From Myxococcales bacterium (GTDB taxonomy: Bacteria > Myxococcota > Myxococcia > Myxococcales > 40CM-4-68-19), in assembly GCA_036393835.1 (NCBI GenBank), contig DASWGI010000112.1, positions 1-56,254 of the forward strand: DNA of 56,254 nucleotides. The letters run 5' to 3'. The position numbers were made by a program, and so were the translations under genes. The notes beneath the pieces were generated by a model. The model worked only from the letters and a program-made list of their open reading frames with translations. It did no database searches and was not told the origin of the DNA. Below are positions 38,141-50,729 of the stretch, piece after piece. Positions within the stretch are counted from its first letter, which is position 1; the number at the start of each line of letters is the position of its first letter.

Positions 38141-39096
38141 GCCGCTGCGCGGGCGCGGCCGCGTTCGCCGAGCAGGCGCAGGCGCGCTGCCACCCGCTCG
38201 GCGATGCGCGAGTCGCGCAGGTAGCGCCTCCAGCCGGACGGACCGAGGGCGAGAAAGGCTGCGCTCAGCCTTGCCCAGGGGGCGGCGCGGCGGTGCAGCC
38301 CGCCCGCCAGCGCCAGGTTCAGCTCCACGGAGAACTCGGCGACCGACGCGAGGTGCCGGTCGCCTCCCGCCGCGGCGGGCAGGTGCCGGCGCAGGACGGT
38401 CTCCAGTTGCAGACGCAGGTCCTCGCCGCCGGCCGATCGCTGCGCGGTCTGCGAGGCGGCGTGGATGCGGAACGCGGCCAGTGGTTCCGGGTGGTGAAGG
38501 ACGGTGCCTCCGCGCGAGAGCTTCAGCCAGAGATCCCAGTCGGCAGCGTACCAGAGCGACTCGTCCATGCCGCCGGCTTGCAGCGCCAGGTCGCGCCGGA
38601 AGAGCGGCGCCGGCACGGCCAGGAAATTCTGCACGATGAGCCGCTCCAGCACGAGCGCCGGGTCGACCCTGCCCGGCGGCAGGGGACAGCGCCAGCGGCC
38701 GAGGCGCGCGCCGCGCGCATCGACGAACCACGACGGGTGCACGACGAGCGCGGCATCAGGAGCGGCGTCCAGCGCCGCGCGCAGCGCCCGCAGCCGCCCG
38801 TCCATCCAGAGGTCGTCCTGGTGGAGCAGGCAGGCGTACTCCCCGCGGGCGACCGCGAGCCCGTGGTTGGTGCTCGCCACCCAATTTCCGCTTCGCGGGC
38901 GTCGCACGATGCGCAGCGGCAGCCGGGAAGAGTACGTCTCCAGGGTGGCGACGGTCCCATCCTCGGACCCGTCGTCGACCGCGATCACCTCGAATTCGCC
39001 ACCCGCCTGCTGGGCGCGGATGCTCTCGAGCGCCGCCACCAGGAACGCGCCACCGTTGTACGTGGGCATGAGGACCGAGAGCCACGGCGTGCTCAT
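38137..39096 (-). CDS. family 2 glycosyltransferase
   Basis: 319 aa from ATG 39096. LSVLMPTYNGGAFL...VIAVDDGSEDGT...LLHQDDLW. Confidence 0.85.
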   Translation of the reverse strand: MSTPWLSVLMPTYNGGAFLVAALESIRAQQAGGEFEVIAVDDGSEDGTVATLETYSSRLPLRIVRRPRSGNWVASTNHGLAVARGEYACLLHQDDLWMDGRLRALRAALDAAPDAALVVHPSWFVDARGARLGRWRCPLPPGRVDPALVLERLIVQNFLAVPAPLFRRDLALQAGGMDESLWYAADWDLWLKLSRGGTVLHHPEPLAAFRIHAASQTAQRSAGGEDLRLQLETVLRRHLPAAAGGDRHLASVAEFSVELNLALAGGLHRRAAPWARLSAAFLALGPSGWRRYLRDSRIAERVAARLRLLGERGRARAAA

Positions 39097-39131
39097 CTTC
39101 GCCGCCTCGTTCCGGGGCTTGCAGCCGGGCC

Positions 39132-39947
39132 ATGATACCTTACCGCTCCGATGGCCCGCAGGCTGCCGAGCGCGCATCGATGAGGAAAGTGAGGTTCCTG
39201 GGCAGCCTCCTGGCCGAGAACGGCCTCCTCTGGACGTTCGGGTGGGCGCTCTCGCAGCTCCTCAAGGGCGTGCTCGGGCGGGTGGAGCGGGGCCTGGAGG
39301 CGCTGGAGCGCCGGCGCGGGCTCCCGGGGCTCAGCGGCGCGGCGACCAACCGGAGAATCTGGGATGCCTACGACTGGCGCCGCCGCGGCGAGGAGTGGAC
39401 CCCGTCTGCCGAATGGAAGGAGTCGCTGACCGCGCTCATCCAGGAGCGCGCGCCCAAGCAAGAGGCCATCCTCGAAATCGGGCCTGGCGCAGGACGGTGG
39501 ACCGAGGCGCTCCAGAAGCTGGCCGGCTCGCTGACCGTCGTCGACGTCTCGCGGACGAGCATCGAAGCGTGCCGCGCGCGATTCGCAGGTTGCGAGAACG
39601 TCCGCTACCTGGTGAACGATGGACGGACGCTGCCGGGCATCGCCGATGAGTCGATCGACTTCATCTGGTCGTTCGACACTTTCGTCCACGTCTCGCCGGA
39701 GGATACTGCCGCCTACGCCGGCGAGTTCCGGCGCGTCCTGCGCCGAGGCGGGCGCGGCATCGTCCACCATCCCGCGGCGGGAGGCCTGCGCGGCGGGTTC
39801 CGTAGCCGCATGACCAGCGAGGCGTTCGCGTCCCTCCTGCGCTCCAGCGGGCTCGTTCCGCTCGAGCAGTTCGATGCGTGGGGACCGCAAGGCGCGTTCG
39901 ACGTCAAGCACTTCGAGGACGCGATCACCGTCTTCGTCAAGGAGTGA
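39132..39947 (+). CDS. class I SAM-dependent methyltransferase
   Basis: 271 aa (alternative ATG at 39180). ILEIGPGAGRWT...VVDVS...IDFIWSFDTFVHV...LRRGGRGIV. Confidence 0.8.
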   Translation: MIPYRSDGPQAAERASMRKVRFLGSLLAENGLLWTFGWALSQLLKGVLGRVERGLEALERRRGLPGLSGAATNRRIWDAYDWRRRGEEWTPSAEWKESLTALIQERAPKQEAILEIGPGAGRWTEALQKLAGSLTVVDVSRTSIEACRARFAGCENVRYLVNDGRTLPGIADESIDFIWSFDTFVHVSPEDTAAYAGEFRRVLRRGGRGIVHHPAAGGLRGGFRSRMTSEAFASLLRSSGLVPLEQFDAWGPQGAFDVKHFEDAITVFVKE

Positions 39948-39991
39948 GCCAGAGGCCTCGCGCCGCGCGCCCCCGGTGGCGGCGGTCGTGC

Positions 39992-41725
39992 TCACTCGAC
40001 GGCCCACACCGAGGCCACCTCGTTCGCCGCGATCCTCCGCGAGCCCGGGAAGGCCCGCCGCATCCATTGCGCGTCGGACTCGTCTCCGGCGCTGAGCAGG
40101 ATCCAGCGCGAACCGTCCAGGAACGGGTCGTTCTGCACCAGGTCCTGCGAGTAGTAGCCGCGGTCCCGGTGCACGAAGACGACCCGCCGCTCCTGCGACG
40201 TCGCGGCGCGCGGAAGCTGCGCCAGGTGATCCTCGATGAAACCGCGCACCTGCGCGAAGCGGAGACCGGTCCCGAGGGCGAGGCTCAGCGCGGCGCACAC
40301 GAGCATCGCCCGCGGCAGGAAGGTCTTCTGGACGTCGGGGCTGGTGAGGAAGGCGGCTGCGAGCAGCGGCACGACACCCCAGGCGGAGTGGAAGTAGCGG
40401 AACCCCCAGCCGTGGCCTTGGTTGAAGGGCACGAACATGTAGCCAGCCAGCGTGCAGACACCCGAGAGGGCGAGGAGGAACAGCCTGCGGTCGCCCGTCC
40501 GGCGCAGGGATCGCAGTGCGCCCCAGGAGGCCACCAGCAAGAGGCCCGGCACCGCCCAGAGGATCAGCTCGATCAGGCCGGCCGCCCGCGCAAGGACGAG
40601 GTCGAGGCCCGGCGCGTTGAAGGCGATTCGTGCCAGGCCGGCTGCAAGCTCCACGGGGCCCGGACCCTGCGCGGTGGTGCCGGCGAGCCGCGATCGTACC
40701 CAGAGCCACCCGAGGCCGAGCACGGCCGACAGCGGGACGTATCCGAGGAGCAGCGCGGCGAGGCGCCGCGCGCCGCCCTGGCGCAGTCCGATCCACGCCA
40801 TCCAGGGGAGCGCGAACAGGAGGTGCGGCACCGGATTATGCAACGCCAACGCGAAAGAGCCGACCGCGCCCGCCGCGAACAGCCGCCGTGGCTCCGGCTC
40901 GAGGATCAGGGACACGAAGAGCAGATTGAACAAGAGATGGGCGCTCATCGAATAGAACGAGATTGCGTTCGCGGCGAACGCGGGAGAGGCGGCCGTCAAG
41001 AGCACGGCCCAGCCGGCTGCCGACGGCGAAGGCAAGAGCCTCCGGGCGAGGCGCCAGACGATCCAGAGGGTCGCTCCGCCGAGCAACGGATTGAGGAGCC
41101 AGGGGACGCCGAGCGCGGCGAACGGAGCGAGGAGCAGGGCGAAGCCGGGCCAGTAGGAGGAGATGACGCGTCCGTCGAGCGAGGCTTCGAGGAAGTCGCC
41201 GCTGCGGATGGGGACGAGCCGCGGAAGGACCTCGGGAGGCACCTCTCCCCAGAGCGACCCTCGGGCGAACGCACGCGCCTGGAAGAGCGGTGCGTACTCG
41301 TCCATCGAGAGCGGATGGCGGTGGTAGACGACCACGGCCGCCACCGCCAAGGTGGCCGTTGCCGCGGCGATGAACGTCCAGGGCCGCGCGGCGAGCCTTT
41401 CGAGCGCCCCGTCCAAGGCAGCGGGCCAGGCCAGCCGCGCGATCAGGACGGCGGCGAGCGCGACGCCGAGGCCGAGCACGGCCGCGGCCGGCTCGTCGCG
41501 CAGGAACAGGTGCCAGAAGATGTGCAGCTTCGCGCCGGGCCGGACGTCCTCGAGCACCACCGCGCGCAGCGCGAAGCAGACGAGCGCGCTCGCCGCGGTC
41601 CAGCCGATCAGCGCGCGAAGCGCGCGCCGCTGCAGCCCGGCGACGGGTGCGTCCGCGGAGGCGAAAGTGGGAGCGACGCGCTTTGGATCGCCGTTGCCGA
41701 AAACCGGGTTGTGCATCGACCCCAT
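39992..41725 (-). CDS. large polytopic membrane protein (GT-C-like), C-terminal soluble domain
   Basis: 577 aa from ATG 41725 (or 41716). It occupies only the last third of the 1217-aa track ORF. More than 10 TM segments. Confidence 0.7.
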   Translation of the reverse strand: MGSMHNPVFGNGDPKRVAPTFASADAPVAGLQRRALRALIGWTAASALVCFALRAVVLEDVRPGAKLHIFWHLFLRDEPAAAVLGLGVALAAVLIARLAWPAALDGALERLAARPWTFIAAATATLAVAAVVVYHRHPLSMDEYAPLFQARAFARGSLWGEVPPEVLPRLVPIRSGDFLEASLDGRVISSYWPGFALLLAPFAALGVPWLLNPLLGGATLWIVWRLARRLLPSPSAAGWAVLLTAASPAFAANAISFYSMSAHLLFNLLFVSLILEPEPRRLFAAGAVGSFALALHNPVPHLLFALPWMAWIGLRQGGARRLAALLLGYVPLSAVLGLGWLWVRSRLAGTTAQGPGPVELAAGLARIAFNAPGLDLVLARAAGLIELILWAVPGLLLVASWGALRSLRRTGDRRLFLLALSGVCTLAGYMFVPFNQGHGWGFRYFHSAWGVVPLLAAAFLTSPDVQKTFLPRAMLVCAALSLALGTGLRFAQVRGFIEDHLAQLPRAATSQERRVVFVHRDRGYYSQDLVQNDPFLDGSRWILLSAGDESDAQWMRRAFPGSRRIAANEVASVWAVE

Positions 41726-41743
41726 GCTAGCATCGCTTTGCAA

Positions 41744-43225
41744 ATGAACGAGACGAAGGTTGCGATCCTCGGCGCGGGCCCGGCGGGCCTGACCGCCGCA
41801 TACCTCCTCGGCAAGAAGGGCGTCCCGGCGACGGTCTTCGAGCGCGATCCCCGCTACGTGGGCGGAATCTCGCGCACAGAGCACTACAAAGGATTCCATT
41901 TCGATATCGGCGGCCATCGCTTCTTTTCCAAATCGAAACAGGTCGAGGACTTGTGGACGGAGATCCTGCCGCACGACCTCCTCTTGCGGCCGCGCTCCTC
42001 GCGCATCTACTACAAGGGCAGGTTCTTCGGCTATCCGCTCAAGGGAGCCGAGGCGCTCATCAAGTTGGGCCCGCTGGAGGCGGCGCGCTGCGCGCTCTCG
42101 TACGCGCGCGCCCGCCTCGCACCGCACCGGCCGCCGCGCAGCTTCGAGGATTGGGTGGTCGCCCAGTTCGGCAGGAGGCTCTTCGAGATCTTCTTCAAGA
42201 CCTACACCGAGAAGGTGTGGGGCATGTCCTGCAAGGAGATCTCCGCCGACTGGGCGGCGCAGAGGATCAAGGGCCTGTCGCTCTCGTCGGCCGCGCTCCG
42301 CGCGCTCTTTCCTCGGCGCAAGCCGCGCGGCGAGGTCATCAAGACGCTCATCGAGTCCTTCCGCTACCCGCGCAAGGGTCCCGGGATGATGTGGGAAGCG
42401 TGTGCCGAGAAGGTGCGCGCCCAGGGCGGCCGGGTGCTGATGGGCACGGCCGTGGACGAGCTCGCCCACGACCGATCCGCCCGCCGCTGGACGGTGGTGG
42501 CTTCGCGCGGAGGCACTCGCGAGCAGCTCGTCGCCGAGCATGTGGTCTCCTCGGTCCCTCTGCGAAGCCTTGCCCGCATGCTCAGGCCGCAGCTTTCGCG
42601 GCGCGCCCTCGACTCCGCCGGCGCTCTGCGCTACCGCGACTTCCTCACCGTGATGCTCGTCTTGAAGGACGCGAAGCGGTTCGACGACAACTGGATCTAC
42701 ATCCACGACCCGGGCGTGAAGGTCGGGCGGATCCAGAACTTCAAGTCCTGGTCGCCGGAGATGGTGCCCGACCCCGCCCTCTGCTGCTACGGCCTCGAGT
42801 ACTTCTGCTTCGAGGGAGACGGGCTCTGGAGCTCGTCCGACGCCGACCTGCTCGCTCTCGCCGCGGGCGAGCTGGAGAAGATCGGGCTCGCGGCGCGCAA
42901 CGAGGTCCTCGACGGCTGCGTCGTCCGCCAGCCCAAGGCCTACCCGGTCTACGACGCGAGCTACGCCGCGAACGTCGAAGTGATCCGGCGCGAGATGAAG
43001 GAGCGTTTCCCGACCCTGCACCTGACCGGGCGCAATGGGATGCACAAGTACAACAACCAGGACCATTCGATGATGACCGCCATGCTGACGGTGGAGAACA
43101 TCCTCGCCGGGCGGGAGGTGTACGACGTCTGGCGCGTCAACGAGGACGCCGAGTACCACGAAGAGGGCGAGCGCGCGTCGGATGCGTCGGTGAGCGGGCT
43201 GCGCCAGGTGCCGCAGCGTGCTTGA
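41744..43225 (+). CDS. NAD(P)/FAD-dependent oxidoreductase (amine-oxidase / UDP-galactopyranose-mutase-like fold)
   Basis: 493 aa from ATG 41744. Dinucleotide motif VAILGAGPAGLTAAYLL...ERD, FDIGGHRFF, C-terminal LTGRNGMHKYNNQDHSM. Confidence 0.85.
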   Translation: MNETKVAILGAGPAGLTAAYLLGKKGVPATVFERDPRYVGGISRTEHYKGFHFDIGGHRFFSKSKQVEDLWTEILPHDLLLRPRSSRIYYKGRFFGYPLKGAEALIKLGPLEAARCALSYARARLAPHRPPRSFEDWVVAQFGRRLFEIFFKTYTEKVWGMSCKEISADWAAQRIKGLSLSSAALRALFPRRKPRGEVIKTLIESFRYPRKGPGMMWEACAEKVRAQGGRVLMGTAVDELAHDRSARRWTVVASRGGTREQLVAEHVVSSVPLRSLARMLRPQLSRRALDSAGALRYRDFLTVMLVLKDAKRFDDNWIYIHDPGVKVGRIQNFKSWSPEMVPDPALCCYGLEYFCFEGDGLWSSSDADLLALAAGELEKIGLAARNEVLDGCVVRQPKAYPVYDASYAANVEVIRREMKERFPTLHLTGRNGMHKYNNQDHSMMTAMLTVENILAGREVYDVWRVNEDAEYHEEGERASDASVSGLRQVPQRA

Positions 43226-44795
43226 GGCCGGGCGGCGCAGGGCCGACCTGGCCGTCGCCGGTGCGCTGGCGTTCGCGTTCGCGGCAGCCTGCGCTTCCGG
43301 CATCGACGGCCTCGGCGACAGCGACCCGTACCGCCACCTGCAAACCGCGCGCGACCTGGTTCGAAGCGGGTTCCGGTTGCGCGGCGCTCCGTTCCTCCCC
43401 TTCACTCTTCTGGACAGCTCCGGGGTCGATCTGTGGCTCGGGTTCCACTGGCTCATGGTGCCGTTCACGCTCCTTGGCACGCTCTGGGGGGCGCGGCTCG
43501 CCGGCGCTGCGATCGCGGCATTCGCCGCGGTGGCGCTGGCGTGGCTGTTGCGGCGGCTCGGCCAGGAGCGTCCCGCCGCCTTCGCCCTGGCTCCGCTGGC
43601 CATCTCGCCGTTCTTCGCTTTCCGCGACCACCTTGCGCGGCCCACTCACCTGACCGTGCCGCTCGTCCTCGCGGGCCTCGCTGCGGGCGCGGGGGAGTTG
43701 CATCCCGGCTTCGCGCTCGCCGCCGCCTTCCTCCACGGCCTCCTTCACCTCTCCTCGCCGCTCTCGCCGTTCTTCGTCCTCCTCGGGCTCTGCGGCGCGC
43801 GCATCGCAGGCGGGCGCGGCTCGCCGCGCGCGCTCCTCTGGTCGATCGCGGGGCTCGCCCTCGCCTTCCTGGTGCGGCCCGATCGGGCGCAGTACCTCAC
43901 CGTCGCCTTCCTCCACAACGCGACGACCCTCGACCTGCTCGGGAGCCAGCCGCTTCCGAATTCGGGGCTGGAGGCGAAGCCCCTCGCACTGGAGTTCCTG
44001 CTTGCGGAGACCTGGTTCGGGCTCGCGCTCGTTGCCGGCGCCTTTTGGGCATCGCGCGGGCGGACGCCCGCCGGGAGCCGGGCGATGCGGGCATCCGCGC
44101 TGCTCGCGATCGCGGTGGTGCTCCCTCTCTCGCTGCGCACCGCGCGATTCCTCGACTACGTCCCGCCGCTCCTGGCGCTCGCCGCGGGCCTCTTCTGGCC
44201 GCGGGAGGGGCTGGGCGAAGGAGCGCGGCGGTTCCTCCCTGCCGCTGCGGCCCTCTGCGCCGCCGCGCTGGCGGCCCGGAACCTGTCCATCGCCTGGGAG
44301 GCGGGGAACGGAAACCTCGGCCCGCCTTCGACCTACGAGCGACTCGCCGAAGAGGTGCGCGCCCGCGTGCCGCCCCGATCGTTGCTCTTCACCGACGACA
44401 CCTTCCGTACCGCGCCCATCTACGCCTCGCTGCCCGAATACCGCTACATCTCGATGGCCGATCCGTCGCTCCTGCACGCGGCCAATCCGGAGCTGTTCTG
44501 GCAGTGGCACCACGCCGTCCATGATGCCACCTACTGCCGGGCGCGCAGGTGCGACGGCGCGCCTTCCGGGTCGGACGCCGTCGCCGAGGCGGTACGCGGC
44601 TTCTCCAGCGAGTGGATCGTGACCGACGCCTCGCCCCACCCTTCGGCCATGGTGCGCGTGATGGCGGCGGCGCCGGACCGCTTCGAGCTGGTCGCCGGCG
44701 CCCACGCGGGAGGATTCGGTCTGGTCCTCTGGCACCTCAAGCCCGCGTCGCCGGGACCTTCGCTTGCTGCTCCCCGCGCCGGATCCGGAGGGTGA
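43218..44795 (+). CDS. large polytopic membrane protein (GT-C-like), C-terminal soluble domain
   Basis: 525 aa from GTG 43218, overlapping the oxidoreductase stop by 8 nt. Multiple TM segments, then a soluble tail. Confidence 0.7.
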   Translation: MLEAGRRRADLAVAGALAFAFAAACASGIDGLGDSDPYRHLQTARDLVRSGFRLRGAPFLPFTLLDSSGVDLWLGFHWLMVPFTLLGTLWGARLAGAAIAAFAAVALAWLLRRLGQERPAAFALAPLAISPFFAFRDHLARPTHLTVPLVLAGLAAGAGELHPGFALAAAFLHGLLHLSSPLSPFFVLLGLCGARIAGGRGSPRALLWSIAGLALAFLVRPDRAQYLTVAFLHNATTLDLLGSQPLPNSGLEAKPLALEFLLAETWFGLALVAGAFWASRGRTPAGSRAMRASALLAIAVVLPLSLRTARFLDYVPPLLALAAGLFWPREGLGEGARRFLPAAAALCAAALAARNLSIAWEAGNGNLGPPSTYERLAEEVRARVPPRSLLFTDDTFRTAPIYASLPEYRYISMADPSLLHAANPELFWQWHHAVHDATYCRARRCDGAPSGSDAVAEAVRGFSSEWIVTDASPHPSAMVRVMAAAPDRFELVAGAHAGGFGLVLWHLKPASPGPSLAAPRAGSGG

Positions 44796-44829
44796 AGACG
44801 CGAGCGTTCTGGCAAGCAGTCTTGACGAA

Positions 44830-46488
<1,659 letters not shown>

Positions 46489-46537
46489 GTGCGTCCTCGA
46501 GGCTACAGCCTAAACGGATGCCACGACATCCGCGCTG

Positions 46538-46575
46538 GGAAAAGGCGTAGCGCCGCCCTATCGGCGGCGACTACT
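46538..46575 (+). repeat. dispersed GC-hairpin element, copy C (variant loop); U-tract terminator for the minus-strand methyltransferase gene
   Basis: GAAAAGGC-GTAG-CGCCGCC-ctatc-GGCGGCG-a-CTAC. On the minus strand the stem is followed by CCTTTTCCC, 9 nt after the stop at 46584. Confidence 0.8.
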
Positions 46576-46583
46576 GCCTCCGG

Positions 46584-47387
46584 TCATTTGACGCCTTCCG
46601 CGTACGCGACGGCGTACCAGAATGCGGCCTCGGGGCGCTTCCCGAAACGGCGGATCTGCGCCAGCGCCTCGTCCATCTCGGCCGCCCCGAGCAGCCCGTT
46701 CCCCACGATGCTGTCGCGGGTCGCGGCGAGCAGGAAGTGCAGGTTCTCGACGAAGGCCGGAAAGGCGGGCTCGCCGGCGCAGGCGCCGAAGAAGAGCCAG
46801 GTGCATCGGGTCGGCCGCGCTCCGGCTTCGTGCAGGAGCGCCGCGAGCCGGCGTCCCACGATGGGGTCGTTGCCGAGCCGATCGTAGGTGCGCATGTACG
46901 CCTGCCAGAGCGGCCGCAGTCCGGGCGGCTCCGGCCAGAGGCGCAGGACGTCGTGATCGTCGTCCTGGAGCACGATGCGCCCGCCGGGGCGCACGGCGCG
47001 CACCATGGCCTTCACCACCGCGAGCGGATCGGGGACGTGCTCCAGCACGAACCGCGCGTGCGCCAGGTCGTAGGCGCCCGGCTCCACCTGCGCGAAGAGC
47101 ACGTCGGCCTCTCGCAGATCGAGGAGGCGCTCCTCGCCCGCCGCCCGCGCCTGCTGCATCGCCTCGGCGATCTGCTCGGCGCTCCGCTCCAGGCCCACGG
47201 CGCGCACGCCCGCCTGGCGCGCCATCGCGCGCGTCAGCTGCGCCAGCCCGCAGCCGAAATCGACGATGCGCTCGCCGCCGCGCAGGCTCAGCTCGCGCAA
47301 GGCCGCGTCGTTGAGCAGCTGGTTGAGCTGCGAGAGCCGCGCCTGCTCCTCGGGCGCGGTGCCGTGGATGTAGCGGGATTCGCTCAA
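46584..47387 (-). CDS. class I SAM-dependent methyltransferase
   Basis: 267 aa from TTG 47387 (TTGA overlap with the upstream stop). IVDFGCGLAQLT...YDLAHARFVLEHVPDP...VRPGGRIVL. Confidence 0.8.
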   Translation of the reverse strand: MSESRYIHGTAPEEQARLSQLNQLLNDAALRELSLRGGERIVDFGCGLAQLTRAMARQAGVRAVGLERSAEQIAEAMQQARAAGEERLLDLREADVLFAQVEPGAYDLAHARFVLEHVPDPLAVVKAMVRAVRPGGRIVLQDDDHDVLRLWPEPPGLRPLWQAYMRTYDRLGNDPIVGRRLAALLHEAGARPTRCTWLFFGACAGEPAFPAFVENLHFLLAATRDSIVGNGLLGAAEMDEALAQIRRFGKRPEAAFWYAVAYAEGVK

Positions 47388-48589
47388 GAGCGCCTCGCCA
47401 GCGCCAGCGCCGCCCAGGGAACGGTCGCGCTGAGGAACGCCGCGGCCGAAGCGCCCAGCCAGAGGTGGAAGTGGGGCGGGTCCACCTCGAGCAAGACGCG
47501 CGCGACCAGCGCCGCGACGAGCAGCGCGCACGAGGCGACGAGCTGCCAGGGCCGCCCGCGCAGCGGCCCGGGGCGGTCGCCGTGCGACAGGCCCACCTGG
47601 GTCGAGACGGCGAGCACCAGGGCGGTGAAGCAGCCGAGGAAGACGAGGTGGAGCCCCGCGCGCCGGTACTCGGGCGCGACCGCCACCCACAGGTACCCGG
47701 CCGGCAGCATCCACACCGAAAAGCGCGCCACGCGCCGGTGCAGGCCGGGCAGGGTCGGGGGCTGCAACGCCTCCAGCGAGCCGATCACGACGGCGAGCGT
47801 GATCGCGGCGCGCACGGCATAGGCCATGGGCACCGAGAGGCCGTGCTCGAGGAAGAAGGTGGCGGCGAAGGCCGCCGCGAGCAGCGCGTGAAGCCCGTAT
47901 GCCCAGGCGCGCGGCGGAAGCGTAGACGTGGGATCGACGCCGCGGGTCATGGCCGGCAGGAGCAGGCCAAAGGTCCCCAGGACCAGGCCGGTGAACAGGC
48001 CTTGCAGCAGGAGCCCGCGCCCGACCAGGTGCAGCCAGAAGCGGGGAGGGTCGAGCGCGGAGCCGAGGCCCGCGAGCACCGCTCCCGCGGCGCCCATCAG
48101 CAGACCCGCGGCCAGCCAGACGAAGCTGGGCGGGATCCGCCGGCTGCCGTGCCTGGCTCGCCGGACGACGAATCCGACCAGCACCGCGATGAGCGCGATC
48201 CAGGAGATCTGCGCCAGGAGCCACCGCTCGAACCAGGCGCAGACGACCGAGGCGACCGGCGCGGCCAGCGCGACCGCCATCTGCCACGGCGAGGGCGGCG
48301 CCGTCCCGGTGCGGCGCGGGATGAAGGTGAAGAGGAAGCCCACCGCGAAGCAGGTGAGGAAACCTTCCACCTGCGCGACCGGATGGAACGCGGCGCGGTA
48401 ACCGATCGCCGCGAACATCGGGCGGTACAGCTCGGTCGCGCCGAGCGAGAACAACAGCCAGGGCAAGACGCCGGCCCAGGCGAGCAGCGCGCCGAGGGGA
48501 AAGAGCAGCAGGTACGGCTCGCGGCGCCAGGCCGGCGCGCCTGCGAGCACCTCCGGCGGTTCAGCGAGGGGCAGTGGTGGGGCGTCCAT
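47384..48589 (-). CDS. NnrS-family-like polytopic membrane protein
   Basis: 401 aa. About 12 TM segments. FHPVAQVEGFLTCFAVGFLFTFIPRRTG resembles the NnrS HxHEMxFGF...GFLLTAxPxWTG region. The ATG abuts the BCCP stop (TAGATG). Confidence 0.55.
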   Translation of the reverse strand: MDAPPLPLAEPPEVLAGAPAWRREPYLLLFPLGALLAWAGVLPWLLFSLGATELYRPMFAAIGYRAAFHPVAQVEGFLTCFAVGFLFTFIPRRTGTAPPSPWQMAVALAAPVASVVCAWFERWLLAQISWIALIAVLVGFVVRRARHGSRRIPPSFVWLAAGLLMGAAGAVLAGLGSALDPPRFWLHLVGRGLLLQGLFTGLVLGTFGLLLPAMTRGVDPTSTLPPRAWAYGLHALLAAAFAATFFLEHGLSVPMAYAVRAAITLAVVIGSLEALQPPTLPGLHRRVARFSVWMLPAGYLWVAVAPEYRRAGLHLVFLGCFTALVLAVSTQVGLSHGDRPGPLRGRPWQLVASCALLVAALVARVLLEVDPPHFHLWLGASAAAFLSATVPWAALALARRS

Positions 48590-49113
48590 CTAGACCACCA
48601 CGGCCAGCTTCGCTCCCGCCTCCACCGCCTGCCCTTCCTGCGCGTGCAGCTCGGCGACCACGCCGACCTTCGGGCTCTTCAGCTCGTTCTCCATCTTCAT
48701 CGCCTCGACGACCACCAGACCCTGACCTTCCTGCACCTGGTCGCCCTGCTTGACCAGCACGCGCACCACCTTCCCGGGCATAGGCGAGTCGACGCGCTGC
48801 GGGCCCTCCAGGCTGAACTTGCCCGAGGCGCGGCGCAGGCGCAGGCGGCGCTCGTCGAGGATCTCCAACTCGTGCACCTCGTCCCCGACCAGCACCGCGA
48901 CCCGGCCGTCCTTGCCGGGCTCGACCTCGCAGCGGACGCTCCGCCCGTCGACGATGAGGGACATCGCGTGCCCGGCGAGATGCACGGTGTCGACTTCCAG
49001 CGCGCGAGCGTTCGCCGCTTGGTCCGTCCCGCCGTGGATCGTCACCCGGTACGTCTGCCCGCGCGGGGTCACCTCGACCAGGCGCTCCACGGTTCCGATG
49101 ATGGCCTGGTATC

Positions 49114-49117
<4 letters not shown>
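48590..49117 (-). CDS. biotin carboxyl carrier / biotinyl-domain protein
   Basis: 175 aa from GTG 49117 (GTGA overlap). C-terminal MPGKVVRVLV...GLVVVEAMKMENELKSP (the AMKM biotinylation site). Confidence 0.85.
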
Positions 49118-50658
<1,541 letters not shown>

Positions 50659-50729
50659 GCTGCATTCCTCCCGGGAGGCGGGAAACTTATCGCGCGGGAG
50701 CCGCCGCGGCCAGCCTGGAAGTCCGGCGC

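Noticed and set aside
39878-43645. Two giant overlapping ORFs of 1115 aa (+) and 1217 aa (-).
   Set aside because: Only the distal parts (41744-43225 on + and 39992-41725 on -) look like proteins. The N-terminal extensions are antisense to real genes and are Arg/Gly/Pro junk.
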